From an uncultured Oscillospiraceae bacterium (GTDB lineage: Bacteria; Bacillota; Clostridia; Oscillospirales; Oscillospiraceae): a DNA stretch of 64,000 bases. Location of the stretch: contig CANQBC010000005.1 in assembly GCA_947589225.1 (NCBI GenBank), positions 9,006 through 73,005 of the forward strand, read 5' to 3'. Both the position numbers and the translations under genes were made by a program. How positions within the stretch are numbered: the stretch's first letter is position 1; every line of letters begins with the position of its first letter. The notes under the pieces were generated by a model. It made no database searches and was not told the origin of the DNA. It was given only the letters and a program-made list of their open reading frames with translations. Of the stretch, positions 53,167-61,694 are shown piece after piece.

Positions 53167-56100
53167 ATGGACGGAAGAAGCTATCAGATGGGGCCGAGAA
53201 AATGGCCCGGATATTTCATTACGGCTTATGGGATCGCGGTGAAGCATGGGTTTGTGGGCTCCGAAGAGGAATGGCTTGAGAGTCTGCGCGGCCCCATGGG
53301 CGAACGGGTCGTATTCCGCTATGAGGAGGAGATCGATCAGCTTCAGTGGAAATATGAGCTGGAGGAAGAGAGCGCGTGGCGTGAGCTTATTGACCTTGAG
53401 GCCCTGCGAGGCTCCATTGTGCAGAGTACAGTGGAGGAGGTCGAGAAATACCGGGAGCAGGCAAAGGATTTCAAAGACGCTGCGGAAAAGAGCGCCGGTA
53501 TGGCAGGTGACGCGGCTGAGGCGGCGGAGAGTTCAAAGCAGAACGCCGCCGGCAGCGCCTCTGCGGCGCTCAACGCCCGGAGCGGGGCTGAGGAGGCCCG
53601 GAAAGAGGCTGAGAGCGCCAGGGACGCGGCGGCGGGCTCCGCCACGGCGGCGGACAGGAGCGCGGCGGACGCCTCAAGATCCGCGCGGGAGGCGGCGGAA
53701 AGCCTTGCCCAGCTCAATAATCAGGTGGAGCTTGCCGAGGCCGCAAGAGCGGGAGCCGAGGCGGCGCGGGACGAAGCCAAAGCGTCGGAAGAGGCGGCAG
53801 GGCAGAGCAAGGACGCGGCTCTGGAGGCTCAGACGGCTGCGGCGGGATCTCGGGCGGCGGCAAAGGCCAGCGAGGACGCGGCGGCGCAATCGGCGGAAGG
53901 GGCTGAGACAGCAAAGAATGACGCCGTTGCCGCTCGGGCGGCCGCAGAGAGGGCGAGAGACGAGGCACATGGCTCTGCCACGGCGGCATTTGAAAACGCG
54001 ACAGCGGCGTCTGAGAGCGCCGAGGCGGCGGAGAGATCCCGCCAGTCCATTGAGGACATGACGGTCAGCGCTGAGACGCTGGAACCCGGGGCAGACGCCG
54101 CTGTCACAAAGTCAACGGGAGAGGATGGTGTTACCCACCTGAAATTCGGACTCCCGCGAGGCGAGAAGGGCGAAAAAGGCGACCCAGGCCGTGACGGCAC
54201 GGGCGCCGGCGACATGCTGGCCTCTGTGTACGATCCGGACGGTGACGGCAGGATCACATCCGCCGAAAGGGCCGATACCGCCGGAAACGCGGAGAATCTG
54301 GGCGGAAAAAAACCGGAGGACTATATGCTTTCCTCCGAGAAGGGCGCCAACGGCGGCGTGGCGACACTTGGGGAAGACGGAAAGATACCGGCCTCCCAGC
54401 TGCCCGTGATGGACTATATACCCACCTCCGAGAAGGGCTCACCCGATGGCGTGGCGACGCTGGGGGAAGATGGCAAGGTACCGGCCTCCCAGCTGCCCGA
54501 GATGGACTATATACCCACCTCCGAGAAGGGCGCCAACGGCGGTGTGGCGACGCTGGGGGAAGATGGCAAGGTACCGGCCTCCCAGCTCCCCGAGATGGAC
54601 TATATACCCACCTCCGAGAAGGGCTCACCCGATGGCGTGGCGACGCTGGGGGAGAACGGGAAGGTACCGGCCTCCCAGCTCCCCATTGTTTCCCTTGACA
54701 AGGGCGGCACCGGGGCGGGGGACGCTCCGGCGGCGGTGGCGAACCTCATCAGCGCCCTGGAGAGCCTGGAGGACGGGGGCCTCGCCGTCGATGACCTGGT
54801 GGGCCTGCTGGACGCAGACGCCCAGGCGGGAAAGTCGGTCACGCTCCAGACGCTGGCGACGTACCTGGGATCCATCTTCGGATTTCCAAACGCCGGGTTT
54901 GAGGCCATGGATCTGAAAATAATTAAGCAGCCGGATAAGAGAGTGTACAAAGTAGGAGATCCATTTGATCCAACGGGGATGGAGGCGGAGGTGACGTATA
55001 AAAACGGCATAACCGCCATTGTAAAGACGGGGCTGACTTTTGACCCGCCGGGAGGGCTGACGCTGGACGACACGGAGGTCACAGTGAGCTTTAAGGCCGG
55101 GCCAAAGGTGAGCGCGAAGCAGCTGATCATTGTCTCGGCCGAGGACGACGTTGTTGTGGGCGTGATGTGGGATACAAATAATCAATCTACGGCGCTGACG
55201 AGACTTTCGTATGACAATGACCCGAACCATTATTCGACTGTTGGAAGGATCGCGGAGCCTCAAGCCGCCGTGGGAGACGGAGCGGGTTCCAGCCCGTTTG
55301 ATTGTATCGCCCCGTGGAACGGCATGGAGAAATACCGGCTAGTCGATGATAACAACACTCTCAAAATTATTAGACGCGGAGATCTGAGTTACGACGAAAA
55401 CCAAGCAGAGATCATGGTATGGGTGCCGGAGTTCTACTACAAGACGATATATGACGAAACCGGCGGAAAGTGGTATTGGTATATCTCACCAAAAGAGAGG
55501 GGCGGGTTCAGCAAGCATCCCGGAAGTGGAAGATTCGTGGCGAGATTCACCGCGACTGGTGTTGATGCAACATCTCGTAGGGGTTTTGCCTCCCATGACA
55601 CGCCTAGGAACTTTCGTGACCATGCAAAAAACAGATCGGGTATATGGAGGAAAAGCTGGTATGTATGGGATTTCGCCCTGTGGAGCGCCATAAATATGTT
55701 GCTGCTTGTGGAGTATGCTGACTGGGACAGTCAAAAAGTCATCGGCGCGGGTAATTCAAACTCTGAGAAATCCAGCGAACAAGACCCCGGAAAAACACGA
55801 GACATGACATACCATACCGGCAGCGTTGGGAATCGATCCAGCGGAACGTTCGCTATCCAGTACAGGAACATTGAAAATCTGTGGGGCAACGCTAATCAAT
55901 TTGTGGACGGAGTTCGCATTGACGCCACGCCAGATCCAGATGATGCAGGCAGCATAGTAGGTGTATATGTGTGCTTAGACCCGGAGAAATACGCCGCCGA
56001 CGGCACGAGCGGATACACCTTTACCGGTCAGTCGTGGGATAATAATGCATTTAACAAAACGGGTTGGATAAGCAGGCTTTTTTATTCGCCCGTCGCGGAC

Positions 56101-56325
56101 TGGTCATTTTTGCCGGATGTGACCGGTACCGGCGGAAGCGGCTCCACTTATATCCCGGATTTTTATGATTTTGGCCAGACAAATAGCTTCGTCGTCGGCG
56201 GTTCTCTGGCGGCCTTATTTAATACCGCCGGAGCGTGGCGTTGCTATTATACATATGGCAACGATAGAGGAGGTACCGCGAGAGCCATGTTTATTCCGCA
56301 AAGCCCGGATCAGATCCCGACGTGA
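53167..56325 (+). CDS. Composite tail fibre / receptor-binding protein (1052 aa)
   Basis: Domain order:
- Ala/Ser/Glu-rich coiled-coil repeats (about 53470-54060)
- a collagen-like GEKGEKGDPGRDGTGAGD stretch (54160-54213)
- four tandem fibre repeats (KG..GVATLGEDGKVPASQLP)
- an Ig-like domain (IIKQPDKRVYKVGDPFDPTGMEAEVTYKNG)
- a ~400-aa C-terminal domain. Confidence 0.75.
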   Translation: MDGRSYQMGPRKWPGYFITAYGIAVKHGFVGSEEEWLESLRGPMGERVVFRYEEEIDQLQWKYELEEESAWRELIDLEALRGSIVQSTVEEVEKYREQAKDFKDAAEKSAGMAGDAAEAAESSKQNAAGSASAALNARSGAEEARKEAESARDAAAGSATAADRSAADASRSAREAAESLAQLNNQVELAEAARAGAEAARDEAKASEEAAGQSKDAALEAQTAAAGSRAAAKASEDAAAQSAEGAETAKNDAVAARAAAERARDEAHGSATAAFENATAASESAEAAERSRQSIEDMTVSAETLEPGADAAVTKSTGEDGVTHLKFGLPRGEKGEKGDPGRDGTGAGDMLASVYDPDGDGRITSAERADTAGNAENLGGKKPEDYMLSSEKGANGGVATLGEDGKIPASQLPVMDYIPTSEKGSPDGVATLGEDGKVPASQLPEMDYIPTSEKGANGGVATLGEDGKVPASQLPEMDYIPTSEKGSPDGVATLGENGKVPASQLPIVSLDKGGTGAGDAPAAVANLISALESLEDGGLAVDDLVGLLDADAQAGKSVTLQTLATYLGSIFGFPNAGFEAMDLKIIKQPDKRVYKVGDPFDPTGMEAEVTYKNGITAIVKTGLTFDPPGGLTLDDTEVTVSFKAGPKVSAKQLIIVSAEDDVVVGVMWDTNNQSTALTRLSYDNDPNHYSTVGRIAEPQAAVGDGAGSSPFDCIAPWNGMEKYRLVDDNNTLKIIRRGDLSYDENQAEIMVWVPEFYYKTIYDETGGKWYWYISPKERGGFSKHPGSGRFVARFTATGVDATSRRGFASHDTPRNFRDHAKNRSGIWRKSWYVWDFALWSAINMLLLVEYADWDSQKVIGAGNSNSEKSSEQDPGKTRDMTYHTGSVGNRSSGTFAIQYRNIENLWGNANQFVDGVRIDATPDPDDAGSIVGVYVCLDPEKYAADGTSGYTFTGQSWDNNAFNKTGWISRLFYSPVADWSFLPDVTGTGGSGSTYIPDFYDFGQTNSFVVGGSLAALFNTAGAWRCYYTYGNDRGGTARAMFIPQSPDQIPT
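54334..54684 (+). repeat. 3.8 tandem copies of a 93-nt (31-aa) coding repeat inside the fibre gene
   Basis: Units start at 54334, 54427, 54520 and 54613: SEKG(ANG/SPD)GVATLGEDGK(I/V)PASQLP(V/E)MDYIPT. Copies 2 and 4, and copies 1 and 3, alternate between the ANGG and SPDG variants. Confidence 0.85.
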
Positions 56326-56356
56326 GCGGAAATATCACAAAGAGAGGTTATGAGAC

Positions 56357-56713
56357 ATGAAGGTAATAGGAGACGCCCGCCCGACGGAACGATTTACACT
56401 GGAGGATCAGCCGAAGCGCCCCGGTTATGTGCTTGCGCGGTTTTATTGCGACCCGGAGCCGTTTGAGGAGACGATAGGCGGCGGCACGTACAGTGGGTGG
56501 AAATACGATGAATACCATCTGGAGCTGCCAAAGAGCGACAGCCTGCCTGAGGCCATCGAGGCAGACTATGACAATTACCTCAAAGAGGCGATGGAGCAAG
56601 AGCCCGCACCGGAGCCTGAGCCGGAGCCGGAGCCGGAACCCGAGCCCACCCCGGAGAACGCCGTTTGGGAGGCTATGGCCGCCGCGTACAAGGAAGGAGT
56701 GAATGAAGCATGA
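56357..56713 (+). CDS. Hypothetical protein with a (Glu-Pro)n linker
   Basis: PAPEPEPEPEPEPEPTPE is encoded by an imperfect GAGCCG hexanucleotide repeat at 56600-56656. Confidence 0.45.
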   Translation: MKVIGDARPTERFTLEDQPKRPGYVLARFYCDPEPFEETIGGGTYSGWKYDEYHLELPKSDSLPEAIEADYDNYLKEAMEQEPAPEPEPEPEPEPEPTPENAVWEAMAAAYKEGVNEA

Positions 56714-57174
56714 CAGCAAAGGACACAGTGCTCAACATCATGCGGGCCCAGGGCCGGGCCGACGCCCTGGTTCTGCGCAGCCGTGCCGGTCAGATGGACG
56801 GCACCGCCCTCATCCGGGAGGAGGACAAGATCCCGGCCTTTGACCCCTCCAAGGATTACACGAGCTGGCCCATCGGCGCCCCGGTGACCGACGGCGGCCA
56901 GGTCTGGACCCTGCTCCAGCCCTACAACGCCGCCTACTACCCCCAGCGCCCGGTGGAGCTGCGGAGTCTGTGGGGCCTTGCGCACACCCGCGATCCCGCC
57001 CGCGCCAAGCCATGGGTCGCCCCCCTGGGCACCAGCGGGGTGTATAGCGCCGGGGAGTGCTGCACCGACCCGGAGTCAGAGGATCCGGCGGCGGTGTGGC
57101 GGAGCAGGGTGGATAACAACGCGTTTTCACCCAGTCAGTATGAGGCAAATTGGGAGAAAGTTGAGGTGGACTGA
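56710..57174 (+). CDS. Hypothetical protein (possible carbohydrate-binding C-terminus)
   Basis: The C-terminal VYSAGECCTDPESEDPAAVWRSRVDNNAFSPSQYEANWEKV loosely resembles CBM5/12-type Trp/Tyr motifs. Confidence 0.4.
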   Translation: MTAKDTVLNIMRAQGRADALVLRSRAGQMDGTALIREEDKIPAFDPSKDYTSWPIGAPVTDGGQVWTLLQPYNAAYYPQRPVELRSLWGLAHTRDPARAKPWVAPLGTSGVYSAGECCTDPESEDPAAVWRSRVDNNAFSPSQYEANWEKVEVD

Positions 57175-57178
57175 CACA

Positions 57179-57406
57179 ATGGACTGGACAAGCATTGTGG
57201 TGGCGGTGGTCACCGGGGGGCTGGCGTTTCTGGGCGTGCTGGTGGCGAACCGCAAGACCGGGGCGCTTATCGCCTACCGCCTTGAGCAGCTGGAGGCGAA
57301 GGTGGACAAGCACAACCACTTCGCCGAGAGGATGCCTGTGGTGGAGGAGCAGATCAAGGTTGCCAATCACCGCATAGAGGATCTTGAAAAGAAGGTGGAC
57401 GTATGA
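57179..57406 (+). CDS. Holin-like protein (N-terminal TM helix + coiled coil)
   Basis: MDWTSIVVAVVTGGLAFLGVLVA followed by RLEQLEAKVDKHNHFAERMPVVEEQIKVANHRIEDLEKK. It sits immediately upstream of, and overlaps, the endolysin gene. Confidence 0.5.
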   Translation: MDWTSIVVAVVTGGLAFLGVLVANRKTGALIAYRLEQLEAKVDKHNHFAERMPVVEEQIKVANHRIEDLEKKVDV

Positions 57407-58080
57407 GCTGGGTCGACGAGGTTCTGGCAATTGCCAGAGGGGAGGTCGGGACCACGGAATGGCCATCCGGGAGCAACAAGGTTAAGTACAACACCTGGTA
57501 CTACGGCCGGGAGGTCTCGGGGGCCGCGTACCCATGGTGCATGGCCTTTGTGCAGTGGGTGTTCAACGCGGCGGGACACGCCCTGCCCTTTAAGACGGCG
57601 TCGTGCTCGGCGCTGCTCAATTGGTACAAGTCCTACAAGCCGGGGTGCGTGGTGGACAAGCCCGTGCGCGGCGCCATTGCAATTTATACCTTCGGGCACA
57701 CGGGCGTCGTGGACGCTGTAAATGCGGACTGGAGCTTTTACGCCATCGAGGGCAACACGGCGGCCAGCGAGGCGGGCAGCCAGAGTAACGGCGGCGGCGT
57801 CTTTGAGAAGAGGCGCAGCGCGGGGCTTGTCACCGCGTACATCATTCCATTTGACTTCGGAAAGGAGGAGGACGACATGACGGGCGAGGAGATCGTCAGG
57901 AAGATCAACGAGTACACGTCGACGCTCAAGGTGCCGGACTGGGCGAAGAGAGAGCTTCAGGAGGCCGTGGAGCTGGGTATCACCGACGGGTCGAACCCCA
58001 CGGGGCTTATACCCCGGTACCAGGCGGCCATCATGGCAGAGCGGGCGGCGCTGGCCGCCGTGAAGGAGATGCAGAAATGA
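57403..58080 (+). CDS. CHAP-domain peptidoglycan hydrolase (endolysin)
   Basis: The catalytic Cys is in YPWCMAFVQW and the His in FGHTGVVDAV...EGNT. The C-terminal region resembles a wall-binding module (VPDWAKRELQEAVELGITDG). Confidence 0.8.
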   Translation: MSWVDEVLAIARGEVGTTEWPSGSNKVKYNTWYYGREVSGAAYPWCMAFVQWVFNAAGHALPFKTASCSALLNWYKSYKPGCVVDKPVRGAIAIYTFGHTGVVDAVNADWSFYAIEGNTAASEAGSQSNGGGVFEKRRSAGLVTAYIIPFDFGKEEDDMTGEEIVRKINEYTSTLKVPDWAKRELQEAVELGITDGSNPTGLIPRYQAAIMAERAALAAVKEMQK

Positions 58081-58418
58081 GGGGAAAACATGAGGCGAAG
58101 AAAACGCCAAAGATGTCCTTTGCGAACGTGGTTATCGCAGTTTGCGTGGTGGTGGCGCTACTGGTCACGTTAGCTGTGGTCTGGGAGTATCACCGCCTCA
58201 TGACGGTGATGCCGTCCAGCGTCATATCGGCGCTGTTCGCCTTTTGGGGCGGGGAGCTGCTGATCGTGGCGCTGCGGCAGGTCTTTGGCAGCGATGTACT
58301 TAAGAGGGACAAGCCCACGGACGCCGCGAACCCTCAGTCGCCTACGGCGACAGATCCCTTCCCGCAAAGCGGCGAAGATAATTCAAATCTTGATGAAATT
58401 TTTGGAGGGAACATATGA
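58077..58418 (+). CDS. Membrane protein (2 TM helices) in the lysis cassette
   Basis: VVIAVCVVVALLVTLAVVW and VISALFAFWGGELLIVAL. Overlaps both neighbours by 4 nt. Confidence 0.45.
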   Translation: MRGKHEAKKTPKMSFANVVIAVCVVVALLVTLAVVWEYHRLMTVMPSSVISALFAFWGGELLIVALRQVFGSDVLKRDKPTDAANPQSPTATDPFPQSGEDNSNLDEIFGGNI

Positions 58419-58612
58419 ACATCACGGAAGTGCTGATCAAGGTTATCAACCGGCTCTTTACGGTCAAGAGCATCGTCACCGTCATTCTGACGGTGGTGTT
58501 CGCGGTGCTGGTGACGCGCCCCGGCGGCGACGTGCCGCCCATCTTCACCACCATTTTCACAAGCGTCATCTCGTTTTATTTCGGCATCCAGTCGGCGAAG
58601 AAGGAAGAGTAG
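58415..58612 (+). CDS. Small 2-TM holin-like protein
   Basis: 65 aa, with two hydrophobic helices and a charged C-terminus (SAKKEE). Confidence 0.5.
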   Translation: MNITEVLIKVINRLFTVKSIVTVILTVVFAVLVTRPGGDVPPIFTTIFTSVISFYFGIQSAKKEE

Positions 58613-58695
58613 ACACGCCGCGATCAAAACGACGTCTTTCCGCGCCCTCCTTATAGGGAGGGCGCGGAAACAAAATCACCTCGGAGATAAGGGGA

Positions 58696-59622
58696 GTGAG
58701 GAACGTGCCCGGAAACATGCTTGACGTGGATACATCCTTCCCGGATATAAGGGGAAAGGATCAGGATCGTATAAATCAGGAGATGCTGGATCATCTCTAT
58801 ATGCTTCAGGAGCAGCTGAGATATACGCTGGCGAACTTGGGACAGGAAAATTTCAACGACGCTTCCTTTCGGGATATTCAGGAGATCATCCGAAAACCCG
58901 TATACGCGCGGATTGAGAACGACGAAGGGAAGCTTTTGGAGCTGTCCACCCAGGCGGAGGGGCTCATAGTCAGGGCAAAGGATCTGGAGGGAAACCTCTC
59001 AACGCTGTCTCAGACCGTCTACGGGATGAGGCTTGAGGTGTCCAACTCCGGGAGCAGATCCACTATTTCGCTCACCGCCAACGGGACGGAGATCAGCTCA
59101 GCGAACATCGTGATAACGGGATTTGTGACCTTCTCATCCCTGTCGGGCTCCGGCACCACCACCATAAACGGAGATAATATCGTGACGGGCACCATACGGG
59201 CCATAGACATTGAGGGCTGTAATTTTACAACGATCCTCAAAGCGGACGGCACGATCTCCGGACGGATGAATTTTTGCTATTTAAATGAAAACAATCTGGC
59301 GGGGGGAATGCGGCTGGATAACCAGGGCGCCGGAACCTCTTATGAGGGGAAATACAGACTGTATCTCTATACCGCTGAAACCGCGGGACAGGCATTCAAT
59401 CTGAAAATAGAGAGCGCCGCGAGGCTTTCCATGGAGGCCGTGGGCTACATGTATATCAGCGGCGATTCCACCGTGGCGATCGAGTCCGCCAGGGATCTTC
59501 GGCTCGGCGGCGACGTGTATATAAACGGAGAGCCGCTTTCCGACGCGATCTCAGGCGCCATGAGCGAGACGATCTCCGCATTAAACGCCAGGATCTCGGC
59601 GCTGGAAAATTCAAATGGCTAA
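58696..59622 (+). CDS. Hypothetical virion structural protein
   Basis: 308-aa ORF. A Ser/Thr/Gly-rich beta-like region (ITGFVTFSSLSGSGTTTINGDNIVTGTIRA) is typical of tail or fibre-associated proteins. Confidence 0.45.
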   Translation: MRNVPGNMLDVDTSFPDIRGKDQDRINQEMLDHLYMLQEQLRYTLANLGQENFNDASFRDIQEIIRKPVYARIENDEGKLLELSTQAEGLIVRAKDLEGNLSTLSQTVYGMRLEVSNSGSRSTISLTANGTEISSANIVITGFVTFSSLSGSGTTTINGDNIVTGTIRAIDIEGCNFTTILKADGTISGRMNFCYLNENNLAGGMRLDNQGAGTSYEGKYRLYLYTAETAGQAFNLKIESAARLSMEAVGYMYISGDSTVAIESARDLRLGGDVYINGEPLSDAISGAMSETISALNARISALENSNG

Positions 59623-59652
59623 TTATGCGCGAAGCGCAGGGGGGATCAACAT

Positions 59653-60033
59653 ATGAATCTTTTGGAGGCTGTTAACGCCTATATGGCGGTGAATACGCTT
59701 ATGGAACGGGAGATGGACTTTGATTCGGCATATAAGCTGGCGGGGCTGAAGCGCGAGCTTGAGCCCCACGCGATGTTTTACGCCGGGGAGGAGAACAAGC
59801 TCGTACAAAAATACGCGAAAAAGAATGAGCGCGGAGAGCCGGTCTTTACAAAGCCGGGAGTCTTTGCCTTTGCCGACGGCGCCAAATCGGTTGAGTTTGA
59901 ACGTGCGCGCGGCGAGCTGGGGGCCGTTGAGATCAGCGAGGAGATACACCGAATCTGCGTAAAACGCCCCGAGCGTATCACGCCCGCCGCCGTTGAGGCG
60001 CTTTATGATCTTGTGACTTTCGAGGAGGCGTAA
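59653..60033 (+). CDS. Hypothetical phage protein (126 aa)
   Basis: Clean ORF from the ORF track. No recognisable family. Confidence 0.4.
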   Translation: MNLLEAVNAYMAVNTLMEREMDFDSAYKLAGLKRELEPHAMFYAGEENKLVQKYAKKNERGEPVFTKPGVFAFADGAKSVEFERARGELGAVEISEEIHRICVKRPERITPAAVEALYDLVTFEEA

Positions 60034-60035
60034 TT

Positions 60036-61640
60036 ATGCGGGTGGATCTGCCGGATATGGTGACAGCTGACAGAATAACGAAGAGAGGGGTCACGGCTTT
60101 TGGGGGCTACAACCACAACCTCTACGCGGGGGACGGGGAGCTCTGGGACATGGAGAACCTGACAAGCGATCTGGCACCTCTGCTCTCGCCCAGGAAGCCC
60201 CGGCATCTTGTCCGTACCCTTTCCCGCCCAAACGGGATATTTGCCTCTGACGGCCTTTATTTTGTGGATGGGACGGACTTCTATGCCGGAGATGCGATAG
60301 CGGGGGCGGTGACGGATTCCCGCAAACAGTTCGCCGCTATGGGGGCGTATATCCTCATCATGCCGGACAAGGCGTATTACAACAGGCTCACCGGGGAATT
60401 TGGCCGCATCGAGGAGACGTGGACAGGGAGCGGGAAGCTCCAGGACGGCACGATCTACGGGGAGGAGGCAAAGGCCAACACGATCTTTTCCGAGGGGGCT
60501 GACTGGGGCTCGCGTTTTTCCGTGGGGGACGCGGTGACAATCTCCGGGTGCGGGGGGCACGCAGAGAACAACATCACCATAGTCATCCGGGAAATCGACG
60601 GGGACTTCCTGCGGTTTTATGAGAACAGCTTCACTATCGGCGAGAGCGGAGACCAGGAGGCGGCGCTCACCATATCCCGCACCATGCCGGATATGGATTT
60701 TGTGTTTTCCAATGAAAACCGGCTTTGGGGCTGCAAGGGGGATGAAATATACGCCTCCAAGCTGGGAGACCCCTTCAATTGGAATGTCTTTGACGGGATC
60801 AGCACGGACAGCTTCGCGGCGTCCGTGGGATCCGCCGGGGACTTCACGGCGGGGTGCTCCTACAAGGGCTACCCCTGTTTTTTCAAGGAAGAGAGCATTT
60901 ACAAGGTCTACGGGGACAAACCCTCCAATTTCCAGGTGATGGGGTCGGCGTCTCTCGGCGTGGAGGAGGGGAGCGGGAGAAGCCCGGCCATCGCCGGGGA
61001 GACGCTTTTCTATTTGAGCCGGACGGGGATCGTAACATACTCAGGCGGCATGCCGGCGTCGATCCACGGCGCTTTCGGGCAGGATCGCTACCGAGAGGCG
61101 GTGGGCGGCTCGGACGGCGTTAAATACTACGTGAGCATGAAGGACGCCGCAGGCGTCTGGCAGTTGTTCGTCTATGACACCGGGAAGGGAATGTGGCACC
61201 GGGAGGACGCAAGAGAGATATTGGGCTTTGCCTGGGACGGCGAGCTCTATATGCTGGACGTGGAGGGCCGTATATGGCTCTGGGGTTCGGCGCGAACCGT
61301 GCCCGAGGGAGCGGAGGAGGAAAAGCCGCTGCGTTCCATGGCGGAGTTCGGGGACTTCACGGACGGGGATCCCAACGTCAAGGGGATCGGGAAAATCCAG
61401 CTGCGCATCTGGCTGGGCGCCGGGGCAAAGGTGAAGATCCTCATTCAATATGACTCTGACGGGGTATGGCGCGAGGTGAGGACGCTCAAGGCTACGGCGA
61501 AAAGGAGCTTCTATCTGCCTGTCATACCGAGGAGGGCCGATCACCTGAGGCTCCGATTGGAGGGTGAGGGGCAATGGCGGCTCTATTCGCTTGTCCGGGA
61601 AGCGTACTCCGGGAGCGAAATACATTTTCCGAGAAAGTAA
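60036..61640 (+). CDS. Hypothetical large virion protein (534 aa)
   Basis: Clean ORF. Repeated Gly/Trp/Tyr beta-strand-like segments suggest a propeller or beta-rich fold. Confidence 0.45.
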   Translation: MRVDLPDMVTADRITKRGVTAFGGYNHNLYAGDGELWDMENLTSDLAPLLSPRKPRHLVRTLSRPNGIFASDGLYFVDGTDFYAGDAIAGAVTDSRKQFAAMGAYILIMPDKAYYNRLTGEFGRIEETWTGSGKLQDGTIYGEEAKANTIFSEGADWGSRFSVGDAVTISGCGGHAENNITIVIREIDGDFLRFYENSFTIGESGDQEAALTISRTMPDMDFVFSNENRLWGCKGDEIYASKLGDPFNWNVFDGISTDSFAASVGSAGDFTAGCSYKGYPCFFKEESIYKVYGDKPSNFQVMGSASLGVEEGSGRSPAIAGETLFYLSRTGIVTYSGGMPASIHGAFGQDRYREAVGGSDGVKYYVSMKDAAGVWQLFVYDTGKGMWHREDAREILGFAWDGELYMLDVEGRIWLWGSARTVPEGAEEEKPLRSMAEFGDFTDGDPNVKGIGKIQLRIWLGAGAKVKILIQYDSDGVWREVRTLKATAKRSFYLPVIPRRADHLRLRLEGEGQWRLYSLVREAYSGSEIHFPRK

Positions 61641-61694
61641 GACGGGAAAAGAAAATAACAAACGTTTGGGAATTTGAAGAAAAGGAGAACAAAT

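Noticed and set aside
53246-54061. A 271-aa Arg-rich ORF, plus several minus-strand ORFs, inside the 5' part of the fibre gene.
   Set aside because: These are alternate readings of the GC-rich Ala-codon repeat region (GCG/GCC/GCA runs). The fibre frame continues into recognisable collagen-like, fibre-repeat and Ig-like domains.
54334-54684. Regular ~93-nt repeats that might superficially suggest a CRISPR-like array.
   Set aside because: The units are directly adjacent with no spacers, are in frame within a long ORF, and encode a known type of phage fibre repeat. No cas genes are present. No CRISPR array was seen anywhere in the window.
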